Under the pieces are notes generated by a model. It had not been told where the DNA came from, did no database searches, and was given only the letters and a program-made list of their open reading frames with translations. Shown one piece after another: positions 1-11,409 of a stretch of DNA of 64,000 nt. The translations under genes and the position numbers were made by a program. The DNA is from Octopus vulgaris (lineage: Eukaryota). Position 1 is the first letter of the stretch, and every line of letters starts with the position of its first letter. The DNA is taken from positions 16,988,001 through 17,052,000 of the forward strand of contig OX597816.1 of NCBI GenBank assembly GCA_951406725.2, read 5' to 3'.

Positions 1-409
1 ATGAATATATATTTAAAAAATGACTTATATTACAAAATAGCTTTTACCAACAAGAGAATGTATATGAAACAAACAAATAAGTGATAGCACTGAAATTGCA
101 GCAAATGAAAATTATTGCCAAGACTCATAAGATTTCAATATTTTGGTAAAGACACATCAGACTGAACAAAATAGATTGGAAACAAAATAGGAATAAAGTG
201 TTGCAAAGTAGGTTACAAAGACAAAAATATAATTTCTGAATTTACAAACATTATATCACCATTTGTAATAATTTAAATTTAATATGTATTATGCTATATA
301 TTAGTACCGACATAGTAATAATAATAGTAATTCTTCTTATTGAATGTAAGCAGAAGGTGTGCAGAAATATGTGAAGTGAAGCACAAAATAAAAATAAGAC
401 TACTGTAAA

Positions 410-621
410 ATGATGGTTTCAAATTTTGGCACAAGGCCAGCAAGTTCAAGGGAGGAGATAAGTTAACTACATCGACCCCAGTGCTCAACAGGTACTTATT
501 TTATTGACCCAGAAAGGATGAAAGGTAAAGTCAACCTCACTGGAATTTGAACACAGAAATAGATGAAATGTTGTTAAGCATTTTGCTCAGTATGCTGATG
601 GTTCTATCAACTCACCACCTT
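410..621 (-). mobile_element. tRNA-derived SINE with Nin/Deu-type core (octopus OR1-like), diverged copy, 'GGCCTTGTGCCAAAATTTGAAACC' tail
   Basis: Reverse complement reads AAGGTGGTGAGTTGATAGAACC...GTTCAAATTCCAGTGAGGTTGACTTTACCTTTCATCCTTTCTGGGTCAATAAAATAAGTACC; aligns with the young copy at 5507-5738. Confidence 0.8.
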
Positions 622-982
622 ACTACTTTAAAACAATAATAATTTTAAAAATCATTATTTGTACTGAGTAGTGTGAGCTTACATGGTTAGTCATGTTGAT
701 TTCTGTAGTTGTACATTATTGCAAAACAACTCCTCCCTCTTGCAATGACAGTGTGCTCATAAGACATTGTTGTGACAAAAGCAATCTTGATGTACACAAA
801 AGCATATTTTGTATCTAACCCACCTGAACATATTAAGAATAGATATGCAAATAGTCATATAATAATATATTTGTTGTGCAAGTTTTTTTAATGTGAAGTT
901 GTGTGTTGAAACAGATATTGTTATATTTCAGAATGGTCATTTTGCCAGTTTAGCCAATAATTATTATTTTTTAATACAGGCA

Positions 983-1128
983 CATCATCATCATCATTAT
1001 TTAACATCCCTTTTCTACATTAGCTTGGGCTGGGTATTTAATAGGAACTGGCAAACCAGACGACTATGTAAAGCTCCAGTATCTGCTTTGTCACAATATC
1101 TATGGCTTGATGCCCTTCCAAATGCCAG
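983..1128 (-). mobile_element. Degraded RTE-LINE 3' tail
   Basis: (CAT)n tail plus GATGCCCTTCC-AATGCCA motif shared with the younger RTE tails in the window. Confidence 0.6.
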
Positions 1129-1973
1129 AGGTACAAGGCCTGAAAATTTGAAATGGAGATTAGTTGATAACATCAACTTCAGAATATAACTAGGAAGACA
1201 TTTGAACTCAGAATGTAAATATATTCCATCAGATATTATCTCTATTTTCTCCAAAACTAACAACTCTGCTGGTCCAAAATATCAATGGAGGTAGAAAAAA
1301 ATATTCAAAAGAGTTTCAATAGTGCCAGTAAATATTATTATCCAATTTATTAACCTTCAACATTTTTATTAATATTTTTTCCACATTGGTCCTGATTTCT
1401 TTTGATGTGAAAAAGAAAACCCTTGATGTTTGTAAAAATAAAGATACTAATAATGATTTCTAACATTCACAATAAAAAATAATTTGAGGTGATATTATTG
1501 TAGATAAATCTGGGCCAAGTAATTTACTGGTAAGTCTTTTTAAAGAGCTCAGAAGGTGTATAAGAGCATCATCATTAAATACTTCAAGGCATCAATCAGT
1601 TGTTCTAATAATAAGGAATAACAGTAGACATTACTTCTAAAAGAAAATGACAAAACAGTTGAAGAATACGTGTGTGCCTTTGTGTATTGAAATTGTGTGA
1701 CTTTTTATGTAAGTAATGGATTGCGAATGTTTGCATTAATACCCAATAAGTCACCTTGTGTAAACACACTAATCGAAGAAAAAGTAAAATACCTCACCAT
1801 ACAGACACCCATGAAAGAAAATATAAAAAGAAACAACACCGATAGAAAGTGAATCATTTAGTTTCAAGGTTAAAAGGGAAGATATATTTTGATTAAATAC
1901 ATTAACAAATACAAAATATGAAGTATGCAAGATTCCACATCACCAGAAACAATTAGGCTGTTATTTACTGAAA

Positions 1974-2150
1974 ATAATGGTTTCAAATTTTGGCACAAGG
2001 CCAGCAATTTTGGGTGAGAGGTAAGTCAATCCTAAAAGGATGAAATACAATGTTGGCATTGGTGGAATTTGAACTCAGAATCTAAAGATGGACAAAATGC
2101 TGCCAAGCATTTTGCCCAGTGTGCTAACAATTCTGCCAGTTCACAGCCTT
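1974..2150 (-). mobile_element. Nin/Deu-core tRNA SINE, diverged and internally deleted
   Basis: Same head (GCATTTTGCCCAGTGTGCTAAC, GAATTTGAACTCAGAA on +) and same tail as 410-621. Confidence 0.75.
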
Positions 2151-3404
2151 AAGAGGTCAACGAGTAAAAGAAAAATGATAGTTGGACATGAGAAGAATAA
2201 GTTTCATTGATATTTTGCAGCTCTATCCTGAGAGAAAAAATGGGAATACCACAATGACACCTAATATGTGAAGAAAATTTGATCCTAATTTAATAGTTAT
2301 TACTGGATCACATTCAATTAGCTAATATTTAAGAAGATATATTCTCATAACTGAAATGATATCAGATCAGAAATAGAACAATTAAAAGAGAATATATTGA
2401 AGAGAGAAACAATGGTCAAAAATATATGCCAACAGCTAAAACAAAATACATTAAAATTATTAACATTGAGAAAATAAATCATGAAACTTGAGCTCATTAC
2501 ATGCAAAGAAAACCAAATCTGTAACGAATCAATAAAAATCGAAACTTAGAATATCTACAGGATACTGAAAAACAAAAACAGAACAAGAACACAAAGCAAA
2601 ATATGAATAAATACAAATTGTTCAGATGGAAATTTTAAATATGACAATAACTGGAAGAGGGAAATAGTTGAAGAATTTAAATCAATAGAAGATCTTATGA
2701 AGAAACAACAAAAACCTTCCGAAAGATATGTAACTATAAAATAACAATGAGAAAAATGCAAACCTTGCATTCATAGACATAGTGAAAAAACAGATGCAAA
2801 CATCAATATCACCAGAATAAATGAAACAATCTATCCAATAGCTACAGTAGTAACAAAGTAAAGTGGGTATCCCCTCAAAACTACTAATGCAGGACTATCT
2901 AAATTCAGGCAAATAATTTAGAAAAATATTACTGTGAAAGATAAAAAAAAAAACTCTGAATCTTTAATGCAATAAACAACAACAAAAATGCAAATTAAAA
3001 GAAGCCGAGAGAGAAAATACACTACAAAGGAACAACTCTACAAAAGTAGAAGGACATCAAATCAAAGAATGTTTGAAATAAAATTCTTGCTAAATCGCAA
3101 AGAAGATGTTATAAGTGATGTTTTTATTTGTTTTCTTTTTAACAAAATAGTTTTATTGGACTACAAAGTGATTTTATCAAGAACTAGATAAAAATAAATT
3201 AGAAATCAATGCAGCACCAACAGCAAGAAGAAGTAGAAAAGTTTTGAGGAGTATAACCAGTGAACAGCTTGACACAGCCGAGAATGTTCAAGAGAATAAG
3301 TACTGCAGTTGAACAAAATAGTAGTAACGCAAAAAGTAGCACAGATGCTACCAAAATACAACTAGGTGTGATAAAGATCCTAACTTTTGTTTCATCCATA
3401 TATC

Positions 3405-4362
3405 AGGCACAGACAGGCCCTTGCGTTTGAAGATTCTGCAAAGAGAGAGGCTTGGAGATGCCATTATGTAAGACTGCTGAATGTGGAGAATGAATGGGAA
3501 GAGGAGATTCTGCCAAAGGTTGACCCAATTGAGGGACCAGCTACCCGAATTAACAGTACCCTGTTAGATAAAGCAATTAAGGATATGAAGAAGGAAAGCA
3601 CTTAGCCCATCAGGAATCACCACTGAGGTGCTTAAAATATCAGGCGGTGTGGGTTATGGCCTTATCATCCACATCATAAATCAGGTAGTTTATAAAGGAA
3701 TCATACACAATGACTGGTGTAGCAGCACAATAGTCAACTGCTACAAAGGTAAAGGTGATGCTTTAGATAGAAATAACTACAGGGGTATCAAATCATTCGA
3801 TCAGGTGATGAAAGTTACAGAGAGGGTCATAGCCCAACTAATTACAGAGAGAGTTAGCTGAAATGCGATACAGTTTGGTCAATGCCAGTGTCCCTTGACT
3901 GGCTCCCATGCTGAGGGCACATAAAAAGCATCATCTGATCGTGGACGATGCCAGTACCCACTGACTGGCTCCTGTGCCAGTGACACGTAAAAAGCACAAC
4001 CCAAACGTGATCGATGCCAAGACCACCTGACTAGCCCCTATACCAGTGGCACATAAAAAGCACCATCTGAACATGGCTGATGCTCATACCCCATGACTAG
4101 CTCCCATGCCGGTGGCATGTAAAAAGCACTATCTGAACGTGATCGATGCAAGGCTTGCCTGACTGGCTCCTGTACCGGTGGCACATAAAAAGCATCCACT
4201 ACACTCTTGGAGTGGTTGGCATTAGAAAGGGCATCCAGCTGTAGAAACATTGCCAGCTCAGACTGGAGCCTGGTCCAATTACTGGCTCTCCAGACCTCAG
4301 TCAAACTGTCCGACCCATGCCAACATGGAAAACGGATGTTAAACGATGATGATGACGATGAT
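3405..4362 (+). mobile_element. RTE-clade LINE fragment with internal deletion (RT N-terminal region joined to 3'UTR)
   Basis: ORFs 3387-3605 and 3628-3861 encode EAWRCHY..LLNVEN, DW..STIVNCYKGKGDALDRNNYRGIK..DQVMKVTERV, then QFG at ~3871; the sequence then jumps to five ~66-bp 3'UTR repeats and the (GAT)n tail. Confidence 0.85.
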
Positions 4363-4808
4363 GCTCACCTACAAAGCTCAATAAAAAGAAAAGGAAAAGA
4401 AGTTAATCATTAATTTTAAGGAAACTACAGACTAATTAATAATCTGCCTAATTATTGTCATATATAAAATATAGCAGTAGACAAATAATCACATGAGATA
4501 AAGAATAACAAAAAACTTATTTTGAGAAGATCAGAAAGAATACAGTAGAACCTCAGGTAGTTCTAAAAGTCAATTATTGATGAACAAATCAAGAATCAAA
4601 AACTGAAGGAAGTGACAGAAGTGTCTGAGAATGGCACGGAATGGTGACTAGAAGACTTTTAACAATGATCTCTACACAAAGATTCTGAAAACAATCACGA
4701 GTAATTTAGCACTAGCAATAAGCAGATACATCAAACATAACATGAATAAATAGCTATAAACAAAACATTTTCGAAAAAAGGAGGAATATTAAACAAATTC
4801 CATCCATA

Positions 4809-4973
4809 GGCGCAGGAGTGGCTGTGTGGTAAGTAGCTTGCTAACCAACCACATGGTTCAAGGTTCAGTCGCACTGCATGGCATCTTGGGCAAGTGTCTT
4901 CTGCTATAGCCCCGTGCCAACCAATGCCTTGTGAGTGGATTTGGTAGATGGAAACTGAAAGGAGCCTGTCGTA

Positions 4974-5028
<55 letters not shown>

Positions 5029-5220
5029 CTCCCTAGCATTGCTTGACAACCGATGCTGGTGTGTTTACGTCCCCGTCACTTAGCGGTTCAGCAAAAGAGA
5101 CCGCTGGAATAAGTACTGGGCTTACAAAGAATAAGTCCTGGGTTCGATTTGCTCGACTAAAGGCGGTGCTCCAGCATGGCCACAGTCAAATGACTGAAAC
5201 AAGTAAAAGAGTAAAGAGTA
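4809..5220 (+). mobile_element. tRNA-derived CORE-type SINE (octopus OR2/OK-like), full length, with internal (TA)n/(TG)n
   Basis: A box TGGCTGTGTGG, B box-like GGTTCAGTC, CORE-like CATCTTGGGCAAGTGTCTT, and 3' tail AAGGCGGTGCTCCAGCATGGCCACAGTCAAATGACTGAAACAAGTAAAAGAGTAAAGAGTA. Confidence 0.85.
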
Positions 5221-5506
5221 TACTAAAAGACAAGTATTCTGAAGGGACTCCTTCCCCTCACTTCTTTTCGACATGGTTTTAACATCTTTAATCAACAATC
5301 TAAATCAGACAAACTGCAGATGTAAATGTTATGAGAGTACATAAAACTACCACTTTTTGTTTGGATGACCTCAAATTATACACTACAGCTAAAAAGTAAC
5401 TGGAAACACTGTTACATATGATACATAACTCCAGTAAAGTAACTGACGTTAAATTCCATTTAGAAATGTGTGCCAGGCAACCTTAAAGAGAAGAACATTA
5501 ATACCT

Positions 5507-5738
5507 ATTTCTTTATTACCCACAAGGGGCTAAACACAGAGGGGACAAACAAGGACAGACATAGGTATTAAGTAGATTACATCGACCCCAGTGCGTAACT
5601 GGTACTAAATTTATCGACCCCGAAAGGATGAAAGGCAAAGTCGACCTCGGCGGAATTTGAACTTACAACGTAACGGCAGACGAAATACCGCTAAGCATTT
5701 CGCCCGGCGTGCTAACGTTTCTGCCAGCTCACCGCCTT
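5507..5738 (-). mobile_element. Young Nin/Deu-core tRNA SINE with 14-bp TSD
   Basis: CpG-rich copy with core GTCGACTTTGCCTTTCATCCTTTCGGGGTCGATAAAT; exact flanking repeat GAACATTAATACCT at 5493-5506 and 5739-5752. Confidence 0.9.
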
Positions 5739-5839
5739 GAACATTAATACCTGTCACTAATACTATCAGTAGAAAAAAATTGAGATAATTACACCAAATA
5801 CAGATTTACAAATGCATAGGAATTAATGAACTGGACATA

Positions 5840-6552
5840 AGTGCAGGCATGGTTGTGTTGTATGAAGTTCGTTTCTCAACCACGGGCTTCCAGGTTCAGT
5901 CCCACTGCGTGGCACCTTGGGTAAGTGTCTTCTATTATATCCTCAGGCTAACTAAAGCCTTGTGGGTGGATCTGGTAAACAAAAACTGAAAGAAGCCCAT
6001 CTTGTATGCACACATGTATGTGTGTATGTATGTATGTATGTATGTATCTGTGTGTCATGAAGGTGCATGGCTCAGTGGTTAAAGCATTGGGCTTACAATC
6101 ATGAGGTAGTGAGTTCGATTCTCAGACCACGCTGTGTGTTGAGTTCTTGAGCAAGACAATTTATTTCATGTAACTCCAGATCACTCAGCTGTAGAAATGT
6201 GTTGCAACATCACTTATGCCAAGCTGTATCTGCCTTTGCCTTTCCCTTAGACAACATTGGTGGCATGGAGAGGGGAGGCTGGTATGCATGGGTGACGGCT
6301 GGTCTTCCATAAACAACCTTGCCTGGACTTGTGCCTCATGGGGGGAACTTTCTAGGTATGACCCCATGGTCATTCCTGACCGAAGGGGTCTTTACCCTTT
6401 TACCCTCTCTATGTGTGAGTATCTTGGTGTCTGTATTTGTCTCCTACCACCACCTGACAACTGGCGTTGGTGTATTTACAAGCCTGTAACTTAGCATTTT
6501 GGCAAAAGAGACTGATAGAATAAGTAGTCTAATGACTGAAACAAGTAAAATA
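5840..6552 (+). mobile_element. CORE-type SINE split by a nested SINE
   Basis: Head and core (GGTTCAGTCCCACTGCGTGGCACCTTGGGTAAGTGTCTT) at 5840-6055; body and tail (..TGACTGAAACAAGTAAAA) resume at ~6408-6552. Confidence 0.8.
6058..6406 (+). mobile_element. tRNA-derived SINE nested in the microsatellite of the previous SINE
   Basis: A box TGGCTCAGTGGTTAAAGC, B box GAGTTCGATTC, core TTCTTGAGCAAGACAATTTATTTCA shared with the 51230-51560 copy; (TTTACCCT) terminal repeats. Confidence 0.8.
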
Positions 6553-7612
6553 TAGACTATACAACATACATAAATTAAAGGTAATGTTAGGACAGAGGTA
6601 CTTTATTAATACTAATAACAGCTAAATGCCAAATTTAAGGTAATAGGTATCAATATTCTACATCTCCAGTGATAAGTTATAGCAATAATATTGATATTAT
6701 AGCTGGAAGCTAAGTGAATTATCAAAATTATATGAGAAAACTAGAAAAATAATATCTGGATTTAGAATACATAACCCATTGTTCTGCAACTAGAAAATGA
6801 TTATAAAACATACAAGTGAAGATGTGGGGAAATTCTATGGTAAACACGAGTTATTATTAATCTTTGCAATGAAATTACTATAATGAATAGTAACATTAGA
6901 ATGCAATAACAACCAAAAAATAATACAGTGCAGAAAACACTGCTGCTGTTGCTACCACCATGAATAACTACAGCAAACAACTGTCGCCACCACCAGTTTC
7001 TAATACCAATACATCGACAACAAATAAATAAACATTACCACCACCAGCAATAAACAAACAATGGTTACAAAGGGTATCAATTATTTTTTTCAATGTTGAA
7101 GTCTACAAAGTGAATGTTCTGGCTCAGACTTTGCATGTGTTAAATCATAGACAATTTTTTCAAAATATAAATTTTAGTCTAATAAATAAAAAAATAAATT
7201 CATCAGTGTCATCTCTTTATTGCTACCATGGCCACCATAGCCATAAAACAAAACATAAATTATTGATTTTTATTCCAAAAACACTATAAAACCTAGAGAT
7301 ACATGTATGTATTATTATATTAATATTGAAGTTTACATTTTTTTAATTCAAAGGTCAGGTCATTTTTTCAAGGTATTTGACAAGGTACACTAACAATAAA
7401 AATAAATGAATAAGAATTCATTATAAATAAGTTCTACCAATGTTTAACTATTTTCTACTTTATGCTAAAAATGTATGCCTTGAGTAAATTCTCGTATTTA
7501 CATTTCTGTTATAATCTGGCATATTCGAACTTATTATTTCGAATTTTACTCAATAGCAATTTCTTTAGAATGAAAGAGTATACTATGAAAAAAGAAATTT
7601 ATCAGCAATACC

Positions 7613-7843
7613 TATTTCTTTATAACCCACAAGGGGCTAAATGCTGAGGGGACAAACAAGGACAGACATAGGTATTAAGTCGATTACATCGACCCCAGTG
7701 TATAACTTGTACTTAATTTATCGATCCCGAAAGGGTGAAGGCAAAGTCAACCTTGGCGGAATTTGAACTCACAACATAACGGCAGACGAAATACGGCTAT
7801 GCATTTTGCCCGGTGTGCTAACGTTTCTGCCAGCTCGCCACCT
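7613..7843 (-). mobile_element. Young Nin/Deu-core tRNA SINE with ~15-bp TSD
   Basis: Closely similar to 5507-5738; TTTATCAGCAATACC at 7598-7612 and 7843-7857. Confidence 0.9.
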
Positions 7844-7964
7844 TTATCAGCAATACCATCATAACCACTACCAAACATAACCACTATAACTTCTCCTTTT
7901 CTATCTTTCTTACCATTACCATGAGCATCACTTCAGCGAAACCTCTAAAATAACTATCAACAAT

Positions 7965-8169
7965 AGATACTGGCATGGCTGTGTGGTAAGAAGTTTGTTT
8001 CCCAACCACATAGTTCTGGGTTCAATCCCACTGCATGGCATCATGAGCAAGAATCTTTTGCTATAGTCCTAGGCTGACCAGAAAAGATTGGGTAGATGAA
8101 AACAGAAAGAAGCCCATCATATATATGTATGTATGTGTATGTGAGTGTGTGTGTGTGTGTGTGTGCGTG

Positions 8170-8209
<40 letters not shown>

Positions 8210-8440
8210 CATGTGTGTGTTACAGCCTCCTTGCCTTGATATCATCTGATAGTTGTAAATGAACATTACTGCCATGCAGGCAGTGTCCCTCGTTCATCTT
8301 CTATGAAAACATGTCTGGCCATGGGGCAACAGGTGAGGGTAGGCAACAGGAAGGGCATCAGCTGTAGAATCTGCCTCGGCAAAATTCCATTCCAATCCAA
8401 GCAAGCATTGGAAAGTGGACATGATGATGATGATGATGAT
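7965..8440 (+). mobile_element. CORE-type SINE head with RTE-type (GAT)n tail
   Basis: Head as 4809 (TGGCTGTGTGGTAAGAAGTTTG..GGTTCAATCCCACTG), internal (TG)n, then GGCAACAGGAAGGGCATCAGCTGTAGAA...GCATTGGAAAGTGGAC(ATG)n. Confidence 0.8.
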
Positions 8441-9899
8441 AAGTGTCTTACTGTGACTTACTCCAAGAACTGACAGACTCCTTACATCAAAAATATAACA
8501 ATATTAATATTATGATACTATAAGACCATAAATATACATTAAAAAATAAAGGGATACTAATACAAATAGCAGCATGATATAAACAAAACGAAAAGCTGGT
8601 TTCTGTCATCAAGGAAACCAACAAATTCAAAAAGCAATGCTGAGATAAAAGACAATTGTGGGGAAGAGAAACTGCAGAAACTAAGAACTAAAAAGTAAAC
8701 TGACACTAGCATTACAAAATTTCATGCTAAGATGCTGGCAGGGAAAGTCCTTACATTATTAATACCTGACAATATTGTATGATGCAAAAATGGATAGCTA
8801 TGAAACTCAACAGTGAGTAAGATGCTCAGGATTCAAAGCTATGCCCAAAGAATTTTTGAATATAACACGATATCAAGGATATCTTGCTGGAAATTGAAAA
8901 AAAAAAAAAAAAAAAAAACTAAAACCATAATGAATGAGAATATGAAGATATCAACCATGTTGCTTTCAGATTGCCTAGTGTTAACCAGCCAAGAAGGAAT
9001 ATGTGAAATATAGATCTTTCATCTACTGGGAATTATGTCTGTGTCAGGAAATATGGACAGAAAAATGATGGTAAAAACATACATAACAAAGTCTCAGAGA
9101 ATTAAAAAGTGACTGCAATGGTTTTGAGGGAAAAAAATGATGTAATGACATACAATACTATAGAAATGATTGAGGAATATATACATGCATAAAACAAAAG
9201 AAATGTAAGTGACAGGGAACCTGTCAGAAAATACATCATTGAGATAGAGTTCTAGTCGTGCTCCTTAAAACAATCAACAAGCTGATTATACTGAAGATGT
9301 AAGAAAAGTAATACCAACCACTCCCAATAGAATGAGAAAAAATGAAAACGACAAAAAAAAAGAAAAATATTTTGGAACAATCAGCAGATAATTACAGTAA
9401 AAAGCCATCAAAGTAAAAAAAAAACCCAAAAAACACTGAAATCATTTTTCATTTTCTGAAGCAGTGTAAGATTTTTGCCTTCAGAAAGATAAGCCAAGAA
9501 CATTAATCTATCTATCTACTATCAATAATAGAAAATTGTAAATAACAGAGACACACCTAAAAACAATTGTTTAGCAATGAATATTTCAAAACTAAAATTA
9601 GTCAATCAAGAATAATTCGAACTGAAAAAAATGTTGCAAAAATGATAGCAAGGAGTGCAAGAGTAACTGAATTTTTGAAGAGAATATAGAGAATGTAGTG
9701 CTGCAAACAAATGATTATGTAAGCAAATCCTGTAAGAAAATGTTCCCAAATTTAAACAATGATTGAAGAGTATTGTTTAAAGGTTATAATTTTCTAGTTG
9801 TATCAAATTGCTGCAAACCAGACAGAACAAGAGCAGAATGACTGGTGAACTAAGATCTGGTTCAGTTCTCAAAATACATAATTTTGAAGACAGGGATTA

Positions 9900-11150
9900 A
9901 GTGTTACCAGAATGTCATGAAATTAATACTTAATCTACAAACTAATGGCAATGGATATAACCATTTGTCATTTAATACATAATATAATAACCATTTGCCA
10001 GTTAATACTGGCACACAAAAGAAAAGGTACAAGAAAGATCTGTAGCAGTTCTGATAAAAGTGGACATTCCTTTAACCCTTTCATTACTGTATTTATTTTG
10101 AGATTCACTGTTTTTCTCTCAGTTATTTTAAATATAACAAAGAATTTAGTGAAATAACTTAGTTATCATTAAGTTAGTGTTAGGAACATTAATTGTGACT
10201 AAGGTTTGGTGAAAGATTTAAATTCAAAACTTATGAAAACAAGACATTTGTACTACAGAGCTAGGGTCAGTTTCAGCCGGGTTAGTAACGAAAGGGTTAA
10301 GAGAGCAACCAGCAAGATAAATCATAAAATATCTGACCCTGTTAAGAGCAAACAAGAGCATTAGTGTGGAAATAGTAAAATGCTATTTATAGAAGAAGAG
10401 GAAAACTTATTGAAGAATTTATTCCAACTATAAATTATGTTATTTCTAAATTCACTTCATGAAGAAACTAAACCAAGAGTGAAATACTTGTTTGAAATGG
10501 ACAATCATCTTCAAATCTGTATCAATTGAATCTGGAAACGTCATTTGTCAAAAATAGATAGCATAGTGGCTAAACATATTTAGTAGTCTACACAATAAGG
10601 AAAGTCATTTTACTATCTTTATGCATTACTCTATCACTAGATTAATGAAAACAGATTTTTAAAAAATCAACCAAGACTGATACTCAGAATCATTTGTACA
10701 CATCAGCGACCATGGTTTATCAATTCTGAGTATGAGTAGATTTATCTTATAACTGATCATTGCATCAATGCTTTCATTTGTGATGTGAGCCTTACAAAAC
10801 CTTTGAACTTAGAAGCAAAGCTCACAGAGTATTTTTTTCAGCACTTTCCAAAAGAAATTTTTCTCTCAATGAGTGACAAAACCACAAAATAAGCACATCA
10901 ACAAGCAATGACAATTTCATTACATGAATGTTAGAAATGGAAGCATATCTCAGAATGATTTTTCTGATGATAGTTGCATACCTTCCAAGTTACAGAGATT
11001 ATGGGAACACAGATTCATCTCTGGGACAGGAAATTTATATCTAGGACTTGATATCTTATATGTGTAAAGACCAATGTGTCAGCGACTTATCTGTATTCAA
11101 CCTATCTGAGAAGGTAACACTAGCATGAAATCTGATTAAAATCAACAACA
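9900..11150 (+). mobile_element. Highly degraded RTE (BovB-type) LINE RT fragment
   Basis: HKRKGTRKICS..DI at ~10015-10070 (cf. KRKGDRSxCxNYRGISLL); later ITDHC (cf. FADDC) ~10750 and TYLYSTLS (cf. TYLGSTLS) ~11085. Confidence 0.5.
10076..10296. mobile_element. piggyBac-like MITE with TTAA TSD
   Basis: TTAA|CCCTTTCATTAC ... GTAACGAAAGGG|TTAA terminal inverted repeats; second copy in opposite orientation at 41889-43554. Confidence 0.85.
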
Positions 11151-11180
11151 GATAAAATACCCATTCACAATATATTCACA

Positions 11181-11409
11181 ATGGCCCAGTGGTTAGGGCA
11201 GCGGACTTGCGGTTGGAGGATCGCGGTTTCGATTCCCAGACCGGGCGTTGTGTGTGTTTATTGAGCGAAAACACCTAAAAGCTCCACGAGGCTCCGGCAG
11301 GGGATGGTGGTGATCCCTGCTGTACTCTTTCACCACTCTAAAAGGCGGTGCTCCAGCATGGCCGCAGTCAAATGACTGAAACAAGTACAAAAAAAAAAAA
11401 AAAAAAAAA
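11181..11409 (+). mobile_element. Young tRNA-derived SINE (third head type) ending in the shared ~55-nt tail plus poly(A)
   Basis: TGGCCCAGTGGTTAGGGC (A box), GGTTTCGATTCCC (B box), then AAAGGCGGTGCTCCAGCATGGCCGCAGTCAAATGACTGAAACAAGTAC(A)n. Confidence 0.85.

Larger units (their letters stand above)
2160..9100 (+). mobile_element. Fossil R4/Dong-clade non-LTR retrotransposon, fragmented by younger insertions
   Basis: Collinear degenerate motifs read by eye: EEVEKF(W) ~3225; GSSKSQLLMNK ~4557 (cf. GTKDQLLIDK); GDS-PSLLF ~5243; DDLKLY ~5365; KCA-ATLKR ~5465; Y-CIGINE ~5808; LNAKFKVIGIN...PVISYS...SWKLSELSKL..KTRKII....HNP ~6620-6780; AQD-QS and INHVASDC-VL (CCHC region) ~8825-8985. Many stops and frameshifts; the 3' part is less certain. 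Confidence 0.65.

Noticed and set aside
3880-4200. Regularly spaced ~25-bp repeats with variable intervening sequence resembling a CRISPR array
   Set aside because: The 'spacers' are homologous to each other, the array lies in an RTE 3'UTR present in many dispersed copies, the DNA is eukaryotic and there are no cas genes.
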